A stretch of DNA of 64,000 nucleotides from positions 436-64,435 of the forward strand of contig JAMLIO010000004.1 of the NCBI GenBank assembly GCA_023954155.1, given 5' to 3'. This DNA comes from Pseudobdellovibrionaceae bacterium. GTDB lineage: Bacteria; Bdellovibrionota; Bdellovibrionia; Bdellovibrionales; UBA1609. The translations under genes and the position numbers were made by a program. Each line of letters opens with the position of its first letter. The first letter of the stretch is position 1. Shown here one piece after another: positions 20,576 to 30,050 of the stretch. Below the pieces are notes generated by a model that made no database searches, was not told the origin of the DNA, and saw only the letters and a program-made list of their open reading frames with translations.

Positions 20576-21610
20576 ATGGCGCATTTTTTTTTAGCAGGGT
20601 CTCATAATAATTTATGTTTATCATTGGCCGTCATTGTTCAAGAAGAACTTAAGGACAGTCACATTATCTATCTGAAAAGATCTAATCAAGACAAAGAGTT
20701 TCTTTATTTCTTTAGAAACCAAATGCAGGAGATGGGTATAACAGTGAGTTTTCCTTGCGAGAGACCAGTGAGGTCCAAAAGGGATGCAAAAGATGACAAA
20801 GTTTATGGGCGCAGGATAAAATCAGTCATTAAAAAATTAAAGAAGAAAAAAGAACCAGGTTCGTATTATTTTTTTGATGATCGTACGGTGGAAAGCCAGT
20901 ACATCAGTAGTAAGGTTATGAAAAAGGCCGATAAAGCCTTTCTGGTTCAAGATGAAATGAACTTTTTTGTCCCGTCAGCTCAAAAGAAAACCTCAGCTGT
21001 AATGCATTTTTTTAAAAAACTAAAATATGGTTTTTTTCTAAAAGACTTAGTGCAAGTGGGACAGTTGCGCAAATATGATGGATTATTCTGCTTAAAGCCT
21101 GAAGCTATGCTTGAATCATATAAGCAACTGACTCGTGTGAATCTGATTCAAGCTAAAGCCCTCTTTAATACGTATTTAAGAAATATTTCAGCGTCTTTAT
21201 TTAATGAAAAATTTGAAGAATTTTTTGATCTTACTGAACGCGAAACTCTGATTTTTTTGCCAAAGATTATAAATGCAGAGGAAATTACAGGTATAAGGGT
21301 AGAGCTGCTGCATAAATTTGCAGGGCAAAAGTACCCTCATAAGTTTTTTATAAAAAACCATTCTGAAGGCAAGATTATTATTAAAGAGCAAGATATTGGG
21401 CATGGACTCAAGTTTGTTCCCAATGGGATACCAGATGAGTGCTTTTTTGTCTTTGGTGAGGAAAGATCCTTCAATTATTATATGGCCCCGTCTATTTCTC
21501 TTTTGTTAATTAAGCTTAATAAGTCAGCAGCTAAAGTATCACTTATTGGTGCGAGTAGGGACGCTGAATATGGTGATGGAATTCGGGAGTTTATGAAAGT
21601 GATGGTGTAA
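20576..21610 (+). CDS. Hypothetical protein; possible GT52-like (sialyl)transferase architecture
   Basis: Long ORF in the polysaccharide island. YFFDDRT resembles the D/E-D/E-G motif region of GT52 enzymes, but no clear HP motif is present. The assignment is speculative. Confidence 0.5.
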   Translation: MAHFFLAGSHNNLCLSLAVIVQEELKDSHIIYLKRSNQDKEFLYFFRNQMQEMGITVSFPCERPVRSKRDAKDDKVYGRRIKSVIKKLKKKKEPGSYYFFDDRTVESQYISSKVMKKADKAFLVQDEMNFFVPSAQKKTSAVMHFFKKLKYGFFLKDLVQVGQLRKYDGLFCLKPEAMLESYKQLTRVNLIQAKALFNTYLRNISASLFNEKFEEFFDLTERETLIFLPKIINAEEITGIRVELLHKFAGQKYPHKFFIKNHSEGKIIIKEQDIGHGLKFVPNGIPDECFFVFGEERSFNYYMAPSISLLLIKLNKSAAKVSLIGASRDAEYGDGIREFMKVMV

Positions 21611-21759
21611 GCTTTGGGCGAAAAAAGCACATTGCTCTAAGGCTTATTTATGTGTCACGTGAAGGATCTGGCACGTATTTCTATACTTGAATTGAAATTA
21701 GCTACTTATTTATATGCGATGAGTTAAAGGCAGTTATAGATTTATAGTGCTGTTATATT

Positions 21760-23220
21760 GTGTCCGCCATGGCATCAAAAATGGGGTTGGGAATGGATAA
21801 GGCGGACAGATTTATATTGGTAGACTTTGAGTTAGATATTTATAATGAATTTGTAGCGCAGGGGATGCAGCCAGAATTCTTCTACCTTAGAAATTATGCG
21901 AGATATAAAAAAAAAGTAAATAAAGATCAGCGTATTATGGATTTTGATGTCATGAGGTGGGCAAAATTTGAATGGCCTGCTCGTGAAGAATATTTAAATA
22001 ATGTGGAATATCAAAATCTTATTCAAAAGGTTTTTAAGTTATTGATTGAAGATGGGCTATACAGTCGATTTTATATTAGAGATAAAGGTGAAAGATTTTC
22101 TGTAATACCACGATGGGGATGGGTAGATATGTATAATCATATTTACAAGTCGCTGTATTATTACTTAGATATTATTGTTAAATATAAGATTACAAGTATT
22201 ATTTGTTCAAAGATTCCACACGAGGGCTCCCTAGTTATTTTGTTTTTGCTAGCTAAAGAAATGGGTTTAGAGTGTATCGCCTGTCATCAAAGTCAATTTT
22301 CTAACTGCTTTTGGATTACTAAAAATGCGAGTTTTGGTACTTTTTTTGAGAGACAAAATATGTTGACAACAAAGCAAGAGAAAACACTTGTAATTCCCGA
22401 AGTGAAATCGCCGCATTACATGAAGACCGTTGTGAATCGTAAAACTATATTTAATTTAAGGGTAAGAAATATTTCTAAAACTATTTTAAGAACACTTGCG
22501 TTGGTGTGGATTTTTAATCCTGATAAATATAAAAAAACTTTTCATGGCTTATATAGGAGTTTTCAAAGGCTTCCACTTACTAGAGATTATAGTAAAACTG
22601 TGCGGTTCAAATCTGAAGGAGAATATGTATATTTCCCCTTGCACTTGCAACCAGAAATGACAACTGATAGCTTGGGCATGCAATATGCTGACCAAATAAA
22701 TGCAGTGGAAAAATTGAGATCCATGATTCCTAAAGAATGGATTATATATTGTAAAGAAAATCCAAAGCAAAATTTATTTATGAGAGAAGATGATTTTTAT
22801 TATAGGCTGGCAACAATACCAAATGTGCAAATTGTTGATGTTCATTCTAATACCTTTGATTTAATTAAATATTCCAAGTTTATTGCAACAATAACAGGAA
22901 CTGCGGGTTGGGAAGCCTTACGTATGGGAAAGAAGGTTCTATTATTTGGTGATGTTTGGTATCAGGACCTAAGTGGTGTATATAAGGTCCGAGATATTGT
23001 TAGTATAGATGAAATGGAGCTATCAAGTTCTATTGAAAGGAAAAGTCTTGAGCAAGGCTTTTCAGCATTAACAAAATACTTGCACAAGGGAGTTATAAAT
23101 AGCGCTTATAAAGCTATGGTCGAAGAATATGACGATGCAGAAAATGCAAAGTGTGTTGTAAGTAGTATTTGTGAGGCGGTGAACGGTGGTCTTGATAAGA
23201 AGGTAGAAATAAGTTTATAA
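21760..23220 (+). CDS. Capsule polysaccharide biosynthesis protein (Capsule_synth / KpsS-KpsC-like fold)
   Basis: YFPLHLQPEMTTDS and TITGTAGWEALRMGKKVLLFGDVWY resemble conserved blocks of KpsS/KpsC-type CMP-ulosonic-acid transferases (from memory). Start is uncertain (GTG 21760 or ATG 21769). Confidence 0.55.
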   Translation: MSAMASKMGLGMDKADRFILVDFELDIYNEFVAQGMQPEFFYLRNYARYKKKVNKDQRIMDFDVMRWAKFEWPAREEYLNNVEYQNLIQKVFKLLIEDGLYSRFYIRDKGERFSVIPRWGWVDMYNHIYKSLYYYLDIIVKYKITSIICSKIPHEGSLVILFLLAKEMGLECIACHQSQFSNCFWITKNASFGTFFERQNMLTTKQEKTLVIPEVKSPHYMKTVVNRKTIFNLRVRNISKTILRTLALVWIFNPDKYKKTFHGLYRSFQRLPLTRDYSKTVRFKSEGEYVYFPLHLQPEMTTDSLGMQYADQINAVEKLRSMIPKEWIIYCKENPKQNLFMREDDFYYRLATIPNVQIVDVHSNTFDLIKYSKFIATITGTAGWEALRMGKKVLLFGDVWYQDLSGVYKVRDIVSIDEMELSSSIERKSLEQGFSALTKYLHKGVINSAYKAMVEEYDDAENAKCVVSSICEAVNGGLDKKVEISL

Positions 23221-23235
23221 AGATAAACATACTGT

Positions 23236-24372
23236 TTATTTCATGTTTAAGATTGAAAATATCTTTTTATAAAAGGATACAGTTTGAAGCTTTTTTTTCT
23301 TTAAATCTTCTAGATAAGGACTTTGCTTATTAGCAAGACATTCATTTAAAGCTATAAGTGTCTTATCGGAAAAATTTGAATTAATATCAATGCAACGATG
23401 TTCTATATTTAAATCTGTAAATAAATAGTGCACTCTGTCTAATATCCCTAAGCCAAGTACGGGCTTTTCCATTGCTAGGCTGCATACATTTGAGTGGAAT
23501 CGACTTCCTATTACTGCGGCACTGTCTCGATAAATAGAGAACAAAATATTAGTACCATCGTTGCCCTGTAAAAGTGGTGCAATAAAAATATTGGATCGAT
23601 ATTTATAACCACTTAGTGGCTTTATTATATCGCATATAGCTTCGATATCGCTGAAAATATGTGGAACAAAGATTACTTTCATTTTTAAAATATTAATAAC
23701 GTAGTCTAGTATTTGTCGCATTTCTATTAAATATTCATGAATATCAAAGGCTGTTCGGCGAGAGCTTTTCATGCTTAGTTGGTCAGCAGTCACATTTATA
23801 GCAATATATGGCTCTTCGCATTTTAGTATTTGTTTAGACTCTGAACTAGTATAAAAAAAGCCATGATCTAGTATCTCTGGAATAGTTTCGAAATACTTGA
23901 AACCGATGTTGTTTTTTAAATTCAAAATTGAACCATCATTGCGAAGGGCAATATGAATATTTGCATTTTCAAAGGATGCATCTAGAAAACTTCTAAATTT
24001 TTCAATGTTTCCATCAGGTATTTCTTTATGTGGGTGGCATCCAACGCTAGTGATTAAAGTTGGTATTTTAATCCGACTTAGATTTTCTCTACTGATGTCA
24101 ATAGTTGTACCTGTAGCGCTTTCAGGTAACCAATAATCTAAAAACCCACCCCCACCAATTACAAAAAGGTCAAAAGTATTTATATAATCAATGAACGCGG
24201 AATTGAATTCCATGCGATCAGCTTCTTGGTAATTTTTATAAAACTTTCGAATTTCAAGATTTGTTTTTTTAAAATATGTAAGATTTTCTTTTAATATTTT
24301 TTCGAATCCTATGTGACTGGCGTTATCGCCAATATTTCCATAAAATGAAGCGATATGTAAAATATTAGTCAT
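23236..24372 (-). CDS. Polysaccharide pyruvyl transferase family protein
   Basis: N-terminal IGDNASHIGF, a GGGGF block, and C-terminal GSRFHSNVCSLAMEKPVLGLG, all typical of the CsaB/WcaK family. Abuts the neuA stop. Confidence 0.7.
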   Translation of the reverse strand: MTNILHIASFYGNIGDNASHIGFEKILKENLTYFKKTNLEIRKFYKNYQEADRMEFNSAFIDYINTFDLFVIGGGGFLDYWLPESATGTTIDISRENLSRIKIPTLITSVGCHPHKEIPDGNIEKFRSFLDASFENANIHIALRNDGSILNLKNNIGFKYFETIPEILDHGFFYTSSESKQILKCEEPYIAINVTADQLSMKSSRRTAFDIHEYLIEMRQILDYVINILKMKVIFVPHIFSDIEAICDIIKPLSGYKYRSNIFIAPLLQGNDGTNILFSIYRDSAAVIGSRFHSNVCSLAMEKPVLGLGILDRVHYLFTDLNIEHRCIDINSNFSDKTLIALNECLANKQSPYLEDLKKKKLQTVSFYKKIFSILNMK

Positions 24373-25077
24373 TTAATTCTCTATGTTAATTAGATTTTTT
24401 TCTATTAGAAATTCTGCATAAAGCCAATCATCCATTGTGTCTAGATCAACAGAGGCTCCGAGCCCTTCCATTATAAATGGGATTATTTTGTTGTTAAGAT
24501 AATTTTTTTCCTTTTTTAAAAAACTAGTGTCAGAAAGGTATAGTGACCCATTGTGTTCATAGGTTAATGGGAAATCTTGTCTTCGCAGTTGAGTTGTACT
24601 GGGTATAATTTGTTTAAGCTTGTTGTCGCATATCATAAATGAGTACTGAGGGGGCTTACGTTGTTTAATTACAGACACAGACATTAAAGCATTTTGATCA
24701 ATGGTTGTCTCAATAATTCCATTGATATCTTGGTATGACCTAAAGGGCGACGTGGGTTGAAGAAGAAGTAAATAATCATATTGTTTATTTACTTCTTCTA
24801 AGGCGTGTAGAATAACATCCATGCTTGTGCTTGTATCTAGCGCTAAGTGGTTTGGACGAATAAATGGTACTTTACATCCGTATTGTTCTGCTATGGCTGC
24901 GATTTCATTATCGTCAGTAGATAAGACTATATCGTCTAGATATTTGGATTTTTTTGCTGCTTCAATAGTCCACGCAATAAGTGGATGTTTGCCAAGTTGT
25001 TTTATGTTCTTTCTTGGAATTCCTTTGGATTGACCTCTGGCAGTAATAAGCGCGAGAATTGTTTTGTTTTTATACAT
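24373..25077 (-). CDS. neuA: N-acylneuraminate cytidylyltransferase (CMP-sialic acid synthetase)
   Basis: ILALITARGQSKGIPRKNIKQLGKHPLIAWTI is a typical CMP-NeuAc synthetase N-terminus. Start ATG 25077 (8-nt overlap with neuC) or 25098. Confidence 0.85.
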   Translation of the reverse strand: MYKNKTILALITARGQSKGIPRKNIKQLGKHPLIAWTIEAAKKSKYLDDIVLSTDDNEIAAIAEQYGCKVPFIRPNHLALDTSTSMDVILHALEEVNKQYDYLLLLQPTSPFRSYQDINGIIETTIDQNALMSVSVIKQRKPPQYSFMICDNKLKQIIPSTTQLRRQDFPLTYEHNGSLYLSDTSFLKKEKNYLNNKIIPFIMEGLGASVDLDTMDDWLYAEFLIEKNLINIEN

Positions 25078-26209
25078 ACGGGTTTTGATATAGTTCAATA
25101 AATTGTTTTTGATTTGAGATATTCCAAACGTTATTACTGAGTGTATTTAAAAAATGTTCAGCGCTTTTTCCATATCCGTAGTGATGGCAGATTGGGAAGC
25201 GTTTATTTCCATGTTCAGCAATTGTTTTAAGTATAAGATTGTTCTCAAAAGGAATGTCGGCAATGGACGTATGTTTAAAACGACGGTTCTGCCTTGTGCC
25301 TAAATTTATAGTTGGTATACCGTAAACAGGGGCCTCGTGTATGCCACAGCTAGAGTTGCCGATAATAAATCTACTATTTTTTAATAGGGTTAAGAAATAT
25401 TCAAATCTAAGGGAGGGGAAAATTTTAAATTTGCTGTTTTTTTGAAACAGCTCATAAGCTCTGAAAATATGATTGGAGCCAGAATCATTATTTGGATAAA
25501 TAACAACATAGTTTCTGCCTGATTCCAGCAACGCTTGTGCAAATATTTTTGCATTATTAAATGCAATTTCTTGGTTTTCGGTTGTAACTGGATGCAATAA
25601 TGCAATTGAGTAATCATCAAATTTTATGTCATAGTGTCGTTTTACTTGTGACAAGGAGGGAAGGTCATCGGACAACATTATATCAATATCAGGGGAGCCA
25701 ATATTAAATATGGCAGATTTGTCTTCTCCTAATTGCAGCAAACGTTTTTTTGCATTTTCATTAGCAACAAAATGTATATGTGAGAGTTTGGATACAGAAT
25801 GTCGAATAATTTCATCAATTGTGCCTGAGACCTCTCCGCCTTCAATATGGGCAACTAAGATATTCTGTAATGCACCGACGGAGGCACCAGCTAAGGCTTC
25901 GACTCGATCTCCATGTACTACAATAAGGTCAACGGGATTTTCGTGAAGATATCGACTTAGACCAATGATTGTATTAGCTAATACAATTTCCATATTGTCA
26001 TTTTCAATTTGGTTAAGAAATATAAATGTATTCTCGAACCCTGATTTTTCAATCTCAGTAAGTGTTCTGCCGTATTTACTCAATGTGTGCATGCCAGTGA
26101 CAAAAATTTGATATTCAAAATCGTTAGAGTATTTGACTGAATTGATAAGTGGTTTTAGCTTTCCAAAATCGGCTCTGGTTCCAGTAACGAATAGTATTCG
26201 TTTTTTCAT
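25070..26209 (-). CDS. neuC: UDP-N-acetylglucosamine 2-epimerase (hydrolysing)
   Basis: [22 protein letters not shown]..., HGDRVEALAGA, HIEGGEVSGTIDE. ATG 26209 overlaps the neuB stop (TAATG). Confidence 0.85.
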   Translation of the reverse strand: MKKRILFVTGTRADFGKLKPLINSVKYSNDFEYQIFVTGMHTLSKYGRTLTEIEKSGFENTFIFLNQIENDNMEIVLANTIIGLSRYLHENPVDLIVVHGDRVEALAGASVGALQNILVAHIEGGEVSGTIDEIIRHSVSKLSHIHFVANENAKKRLLQLGEDKSAIFNIGSPDIDIMLSDDLPSLSQVKRHYDIKFDDYSIALLHPVTTENQEIAFNNAKIFAQALLESGRNYVVIYPNNDSGSNHIFRAYELFQKNSKFKIFPSLRFEYFLTLLKNSRFIIGNSSCGIHEAPVYGIPTINLGTRQNRRFKHTSIADIPFENNLILKTIAEHGNKRFPICHHYGYGKSAEHFLNTLSNNVWNISNQKQFIELYQNPYV

Positions 26210-27255
26210 TAAACAATATCCTTCCAACTAAGGTGTTCGTCATTGGAGATATCTCTTGCTGCTTTCTTTCCAAGTACTGTTTCGAAGAATTCGGCTTTAA
26301 TTTCTCCTGTTCCAGGTCTTTTTACCCAAATATTATCTGTTGTGATTGCCTCACCTTTTTTAACGCTTTTTATAGTAACGACAGTGGCGTAAGCAAAGTC
26401 TCTAGTAACCTGTTCTTCTTCGAGTAAGCTATTTTTTGTGCCTCCTCGTTCTTGTTGCAGAATATTGCAACCATCAATTAACTCTCGAAGCGTAGTCGGA
26501 TCCATAGAGCATATGATATCAGGCCCCTGCCGATCCATTGAATCCGTAAAATGACGCTCTAAAATAGATGCACCTAAAGCAACGGCTCCAAAACAAGCTA
26601 AGTTATTTGTTGTATGGTCAGAAAGACCAATAACTGCGTCTGAAAACTCATTTGCTAAGTCTGTCATTGCTCCGAGTCTAACCAAGTGAAACGGTGTGGG
26701 ATATAAATTTGTTGTGTGCAGAAGAGCGTATGGGGTTTTGTGTTCCCTAAGAATTTCCACTGATTTCCTGACACTCTCTAGATTATTCATCCCAGTACTT
26801 AAGATAATCGGTTTGCCTAAGCGAGCTATATGTTTAATTAGAGGATAGTTATTACACTCGCCAGAACCAATTTTAAAAGCAGGAATATCAAACTTTGCTA
26901 AACGATCAGCGGCAGCTCTTGAAAATGGTGTGCTGATAAAGATGGCGCCTTTAGATTGTGTATATTGCATCAACTCGTATTCTTCGTCTTCGTTTAAGGC
27001 GCATTTTGACATTATTTCATAGATAGATTTATCGGAGTTTCCAGGAATAACTTTTTTTGCGTGGGTGCTCATTTCATCATCGATAATATGTGTTTGATGT
27101 TTAATAACCTCTGCGCCCCCAGAAATTGCAGCGTCAACCATTTGCTTTGCAACTTCTAAAGAGCCGTTATGATTTATACCTATTTCAGCAATTACAATTG
27201 GCGGGTATGCATACCCTACGGGGCGATCACCAATAAAAAAATGAGGGTAGTTCAT
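26209..27255 (-). CDS. neuB: N-acetylneuraminate (nonulosonate) synthase
   Basis: [26 protein letters not shown] and a C-terminal SAF domain. ATG 27255 with an AGGAG RBS. The ORF track start 27348 adds 31 unlikely residues. Confidence 0.88.
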   Translation of the reverse strand: MNYPHFFIGDRPVGYAYPPIVIAEIGINHNGSLEVAKQMVDAAISGGAEVIKHQTHIIDDEMSTHAKKVIPGNSDKSIYEIMSKCALNEDEEYELMQYTQSKGAIFISTPFSRAAADRLAKFDIPAFKIGSGECNNYPLIKHIARLGKPIILSTGMNNLESVRKSVEILREHKTPYALLHTTNLYPTPFHLVRLGAMTDLANEFSDAVIGLSDHTTNNLACFGAVALGASILERHFTDSMDRQGPDIICSMDPTTLRELIDGCNILQQERGGTKNSLLEEEQVTRDFAYATVVTIKSVKKGEAITTDNIWVKRPGTGEIKAEFFETVLGKKAARDISNDEHLSWKDIV

Positions 27256-27505
27256 AATGCTCCTAGTGCTTTTTAAGATGAATCTACTATGGAAATTCAA
27301 ATATTTGTATATTACATTGTAAGCACAAGCAGTATAGTTATCTGGCAAATATATGGAAAATTTCCAGTAGAATTTGTGTAAAATCGGTACCGTGACACGA
27401 AACGACGCGAAGCGTTAAGTCTGCCGAGTTCAATAGAAACTATATGCCTTTATGTAGTATTGAGGGCTTATACGGGATATATCTTCAACTAAGAAGGAAC
27501 TTATT

Positions 27506-28900
27506 TTGAAAAATATAGTTGTAATTTTAGCGGCAGGTTCTGGGGTCAGAAGTGGCTTTAATACCCCTAAGCAATTGGTAAAATTAGCAGGGCGTCCTGT
27601 TGTTTCACACGCTATAAAGCCTTTTGAGGTGAGTTCATTTATTGATGAAATTGCCATTGTAACTAGTCCAGATAGCTATACTGAAATTGAAGCTTTAGTT
27701 CATAAAGAGGGATACAAAAAAGTTAAAAAAATCATTCTAGGTGGTAGAGAGCGTTGGGAATCCTCTTGGGCTGCCATTAGTGCTTATCGAAATGAGTCAA
27801 GTAATGAGGAGCTAAATTTAATTTTTCATGATGCTGTTCGCCCTCTAGTCGATGAATTTATTGTTGAACGAGTCGTTAAAGCCCTGACGGAAAATTCTTG
27901 TGTGGATGTGGTTATCAACACTGTTGATACGATTGTTGAGGTTGATGATTCAAATAACTATATAGGTAGAATTTTAGATAGATCTAAGCTGCGTAATGGA
28001 CAAACCCCACAAGGCTTTCGCTACAATGTTATTAAGAAAGCCTATGAAAAAGCTATTGAGGACCCTAATAAGGTTTTTACAGATGATTGTGGTATTGTTA
28101 TGAAATATCTACCTGAAGAGAAAATATATTTAGTGGAAGGAAGCTCTTACAATCACAAATTAACCTATAACGAAGACCTCGCTATTTTAGATAAGCTTTT
28201 TCAAATGAAGAGGAACTTGGTGACAACCTCAAATTTGGATGAAGGATTTTCTAAATGTTTAGAAGGTTTAAAAGATAAAGTGGTTGTCATTTTTGGCGGA
28301 ACAAGTGGAATTGGCGAAGAGATTCAAAATATTTTACAAAATGCAGAAGTTAAGTCTTATCCTATATCAAGGAAAACAGGTTGTGATATTGCGTCCATAG
28401 AGTCTGTAGAGGCTGCTTTAAAAGAAATCAATGCTAAAGAAGGAAGAATAGATTTTATTATAAATACTGCGGGTATTCTGCCGAAACAATCGTTGGCGTT
28501 AATGGATTACAAAGATATTCATAATTCAATTGCCATAAACTATTTAGGAGCAGTTAATATTGCTTACGCGGGATTTCAATACTTAAGTCAAAGTTCTGGT
28601 GGGCTTCTTTTGTTTACATCAAGCTCTTATACATACGGTCGAGCGTTTTATAGTCTGTACAGCTCCAGTAAAGCGGCGATAGTCAATCTTGTGCAAGCTT
28701 TGGCTGAAGAATGGGGTGATTTTGGTGTTAATGTAAATTGTGTTAGCCCAGAAAGAACGTTGACCCCGATGAGAATTGCGGCTTTTGGTAAAGAAGATCC
28801 TATGACTTTGCTAAGTGCGGTGGATGTTGCTAAAGCTTCTATCAAGATTTTATGTATGGAAGAAACAGGTCTTGTGATTGATGTTAAAAGACAGCCCTGA
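27506..28900 (+). CDS. Bifunctional cytidylyltransferase (IspD/TarI-like) + short-chain dehydrogenase: Bcs1-like ribulose-5-P reductase / CDP-ribitol pyrophosphorylase
   Basis: N-terminal VVILAAGSGVRSGFNTPKQLVKLAGRPV (IspD/TarI). C-terminal GGTSGIGEEI ... YSSSKAAIVNL (SDR Rossmann fold and YxxxK). This is the same fusion architecture as H. influenzae Bcs1. TTG start. Confidence 0.7.
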   Translation: MKNIVVILAAGSGVRSGFNTPKQLVKLAGRPVVSHAIKPFEVSSFIDEIAIVTSPDSYTEIEALVHKEGYKKVKKIILGGRERWESSWAAISAYRNESSNEELNLIFHDAVRPLVDEFIVERVVKALTENSCVDVVINTVDTIVEVDDSNNYIGRILDRSKLRNGQTPQGFRYNVIKKAYEKAIEDPNKVFTDDCGIVMKYLPEEKIYLVEGSSYNHKLTYNEDLAILDKLFQMKRNLVTTSNLDEGFSKCLEGLKDKVVVIFGGTSGIGEEIQNILQNAEVKSYPISRKTGCDIASIESVEAALKEINAKEGRIDFIINTAGILPKQSLALMDYKDIHNSIAINYLGAVNIAYAGFQYLSQSSGGLLLFTSSSYTYGRAFYSLYSSSKAAIVNLVQALAEEWGDFGVNVNCVSPERTLTPMRIAAFGKEDPMTLLSAVDVAKASIKILCMEETGLVIDVKRQP

Positions 28901-28987
28901 GTATTGGCGTGTGACTCACGCTTGATGCGGAACGGCACTGGCTATCTGTTTGGTGTATTGGCTCTTCATATTTTATAATCCTGAACA

Positions 28988-30025
28988 ATGAAAGCTGTAC
29001 TGTTCTGTCAAAATCCATATGCGTTTGGCATTCTTAACCCAATCAAAGAAGAACTTTTGTCACAAGGTGATACCTATATGTGGTATGTGCCATCAAGATT
29101 ATTGGCACAGTTTCCTTACAAAGAAGATGTTTTTACTACATCTATAAAAGAGGTGGCTGATTTTGTTCCTGATGCGCATTTTGTGCCAGGGAATGAAATA
29201 CCGTACTATTTGAAGGGTGTAAAAGCGCAGGTTTTTCATGGCCTAGCATCTGAAAAGAAAGGCCATCTCCATATACGTCACTATTTTGATTTATACTTAA
29301 CACCAGGACCGCTTTATACGCGGGACTATGAATTTCTTAAAAACCGTTACCGTAATTTTGAAGTGGTAGAAACAGGATGGTCCAAGCTTGATCCTTATTC
29401 ATATAAGTACAGCGAGTTAGATGAAGAAAAGAGGCGTTTGTTAAAAGAAACCAATACCCAAAAGATAATTTTGTATGCTCCCACTTTTTCGCCTTCTCTG
29501 ACTTCTGCTCCTTATATGGTAAGCGAAGTGGAAAAGTTAGCTCGATATCCAGAGTATTTAATATTGATTAAGTTTCATGATTTGATGGATAAATCGTGGG
29601 TTCAAACTTATGAAGAATTGGCTTTAAAATATGAGAATATAAAAATCGAGAAGAACCACAGTATTTTAAAGTATCTTTTAATGGCAGATTTGATGGTGAG
29701 TGATACCTCATCGGTGATTTATGAATTTTTGCTTTTAGATAAGCCAGTAATCACGTTTAAGAATATTTCTCGTAATATTAAGTGGGATAATCAATTAGAG
29801 TACAAAAATTTGGATACACAAGTCCGCATCAACCTGCAGGATGATCCGTATCGTGAGAATCGTAAGTATATCTTTGATCAATTTCATCCCTATCGAGACG
29901 GAAACTCTTCTCGGCGCATGGTCATGGCTGTTAAAGACTATATTGTTAAATTTGGTGTTCCATCTGCAAGAAAGATATCTCTTCTAAGGAAGCTCAAAAT
30001 CATTAAGATGTTTGGGCGAATTTAA
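28988..30025 (+). CDS. CDP-glycerol/ribitol poly(alditol phosphate) phosphotransferase (TagB/TagF/TarL family)
   Basis: ILYAPTFSPS and ADLMVSDTSSVIYEFLLLDKPVI match the conserved TagF-family C-terminal blocks. Confidence 0.7.
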   Translation: MKAVLFCQNPYAFGILNPIKEELLSQGDTYMWYVPSRLLAQFPYKEDVFTTSIKEVADFVPDAHFVPGNEIPYYLKGVKAQVFHGLASEKKGHLHIRHYFDLYLTPGPLYTRDYEFLKNRYRNFEVVETGWSKLDPYSYKYSELDEEKRRLLKETNTQKIILYAPTFSPSLTSAPYMVSEVEKLARYPEYLILIKFHDLMDKSWVQTYEELALKYENIKIEKNHSILKYLLMADLMVSDTSSVIYEFLLLDKPVITFKNISRNIKWDNQLEYKNLDTQVRINLQDDPYRENRKYIFDQFHPYRDGNSSRRMVMAVKDYIVKFGVPSARKISLLRKLKIIKMFGRI

Positions 30026-30050
30026 TTATTGAGCAAAAGAGCATAGATTT

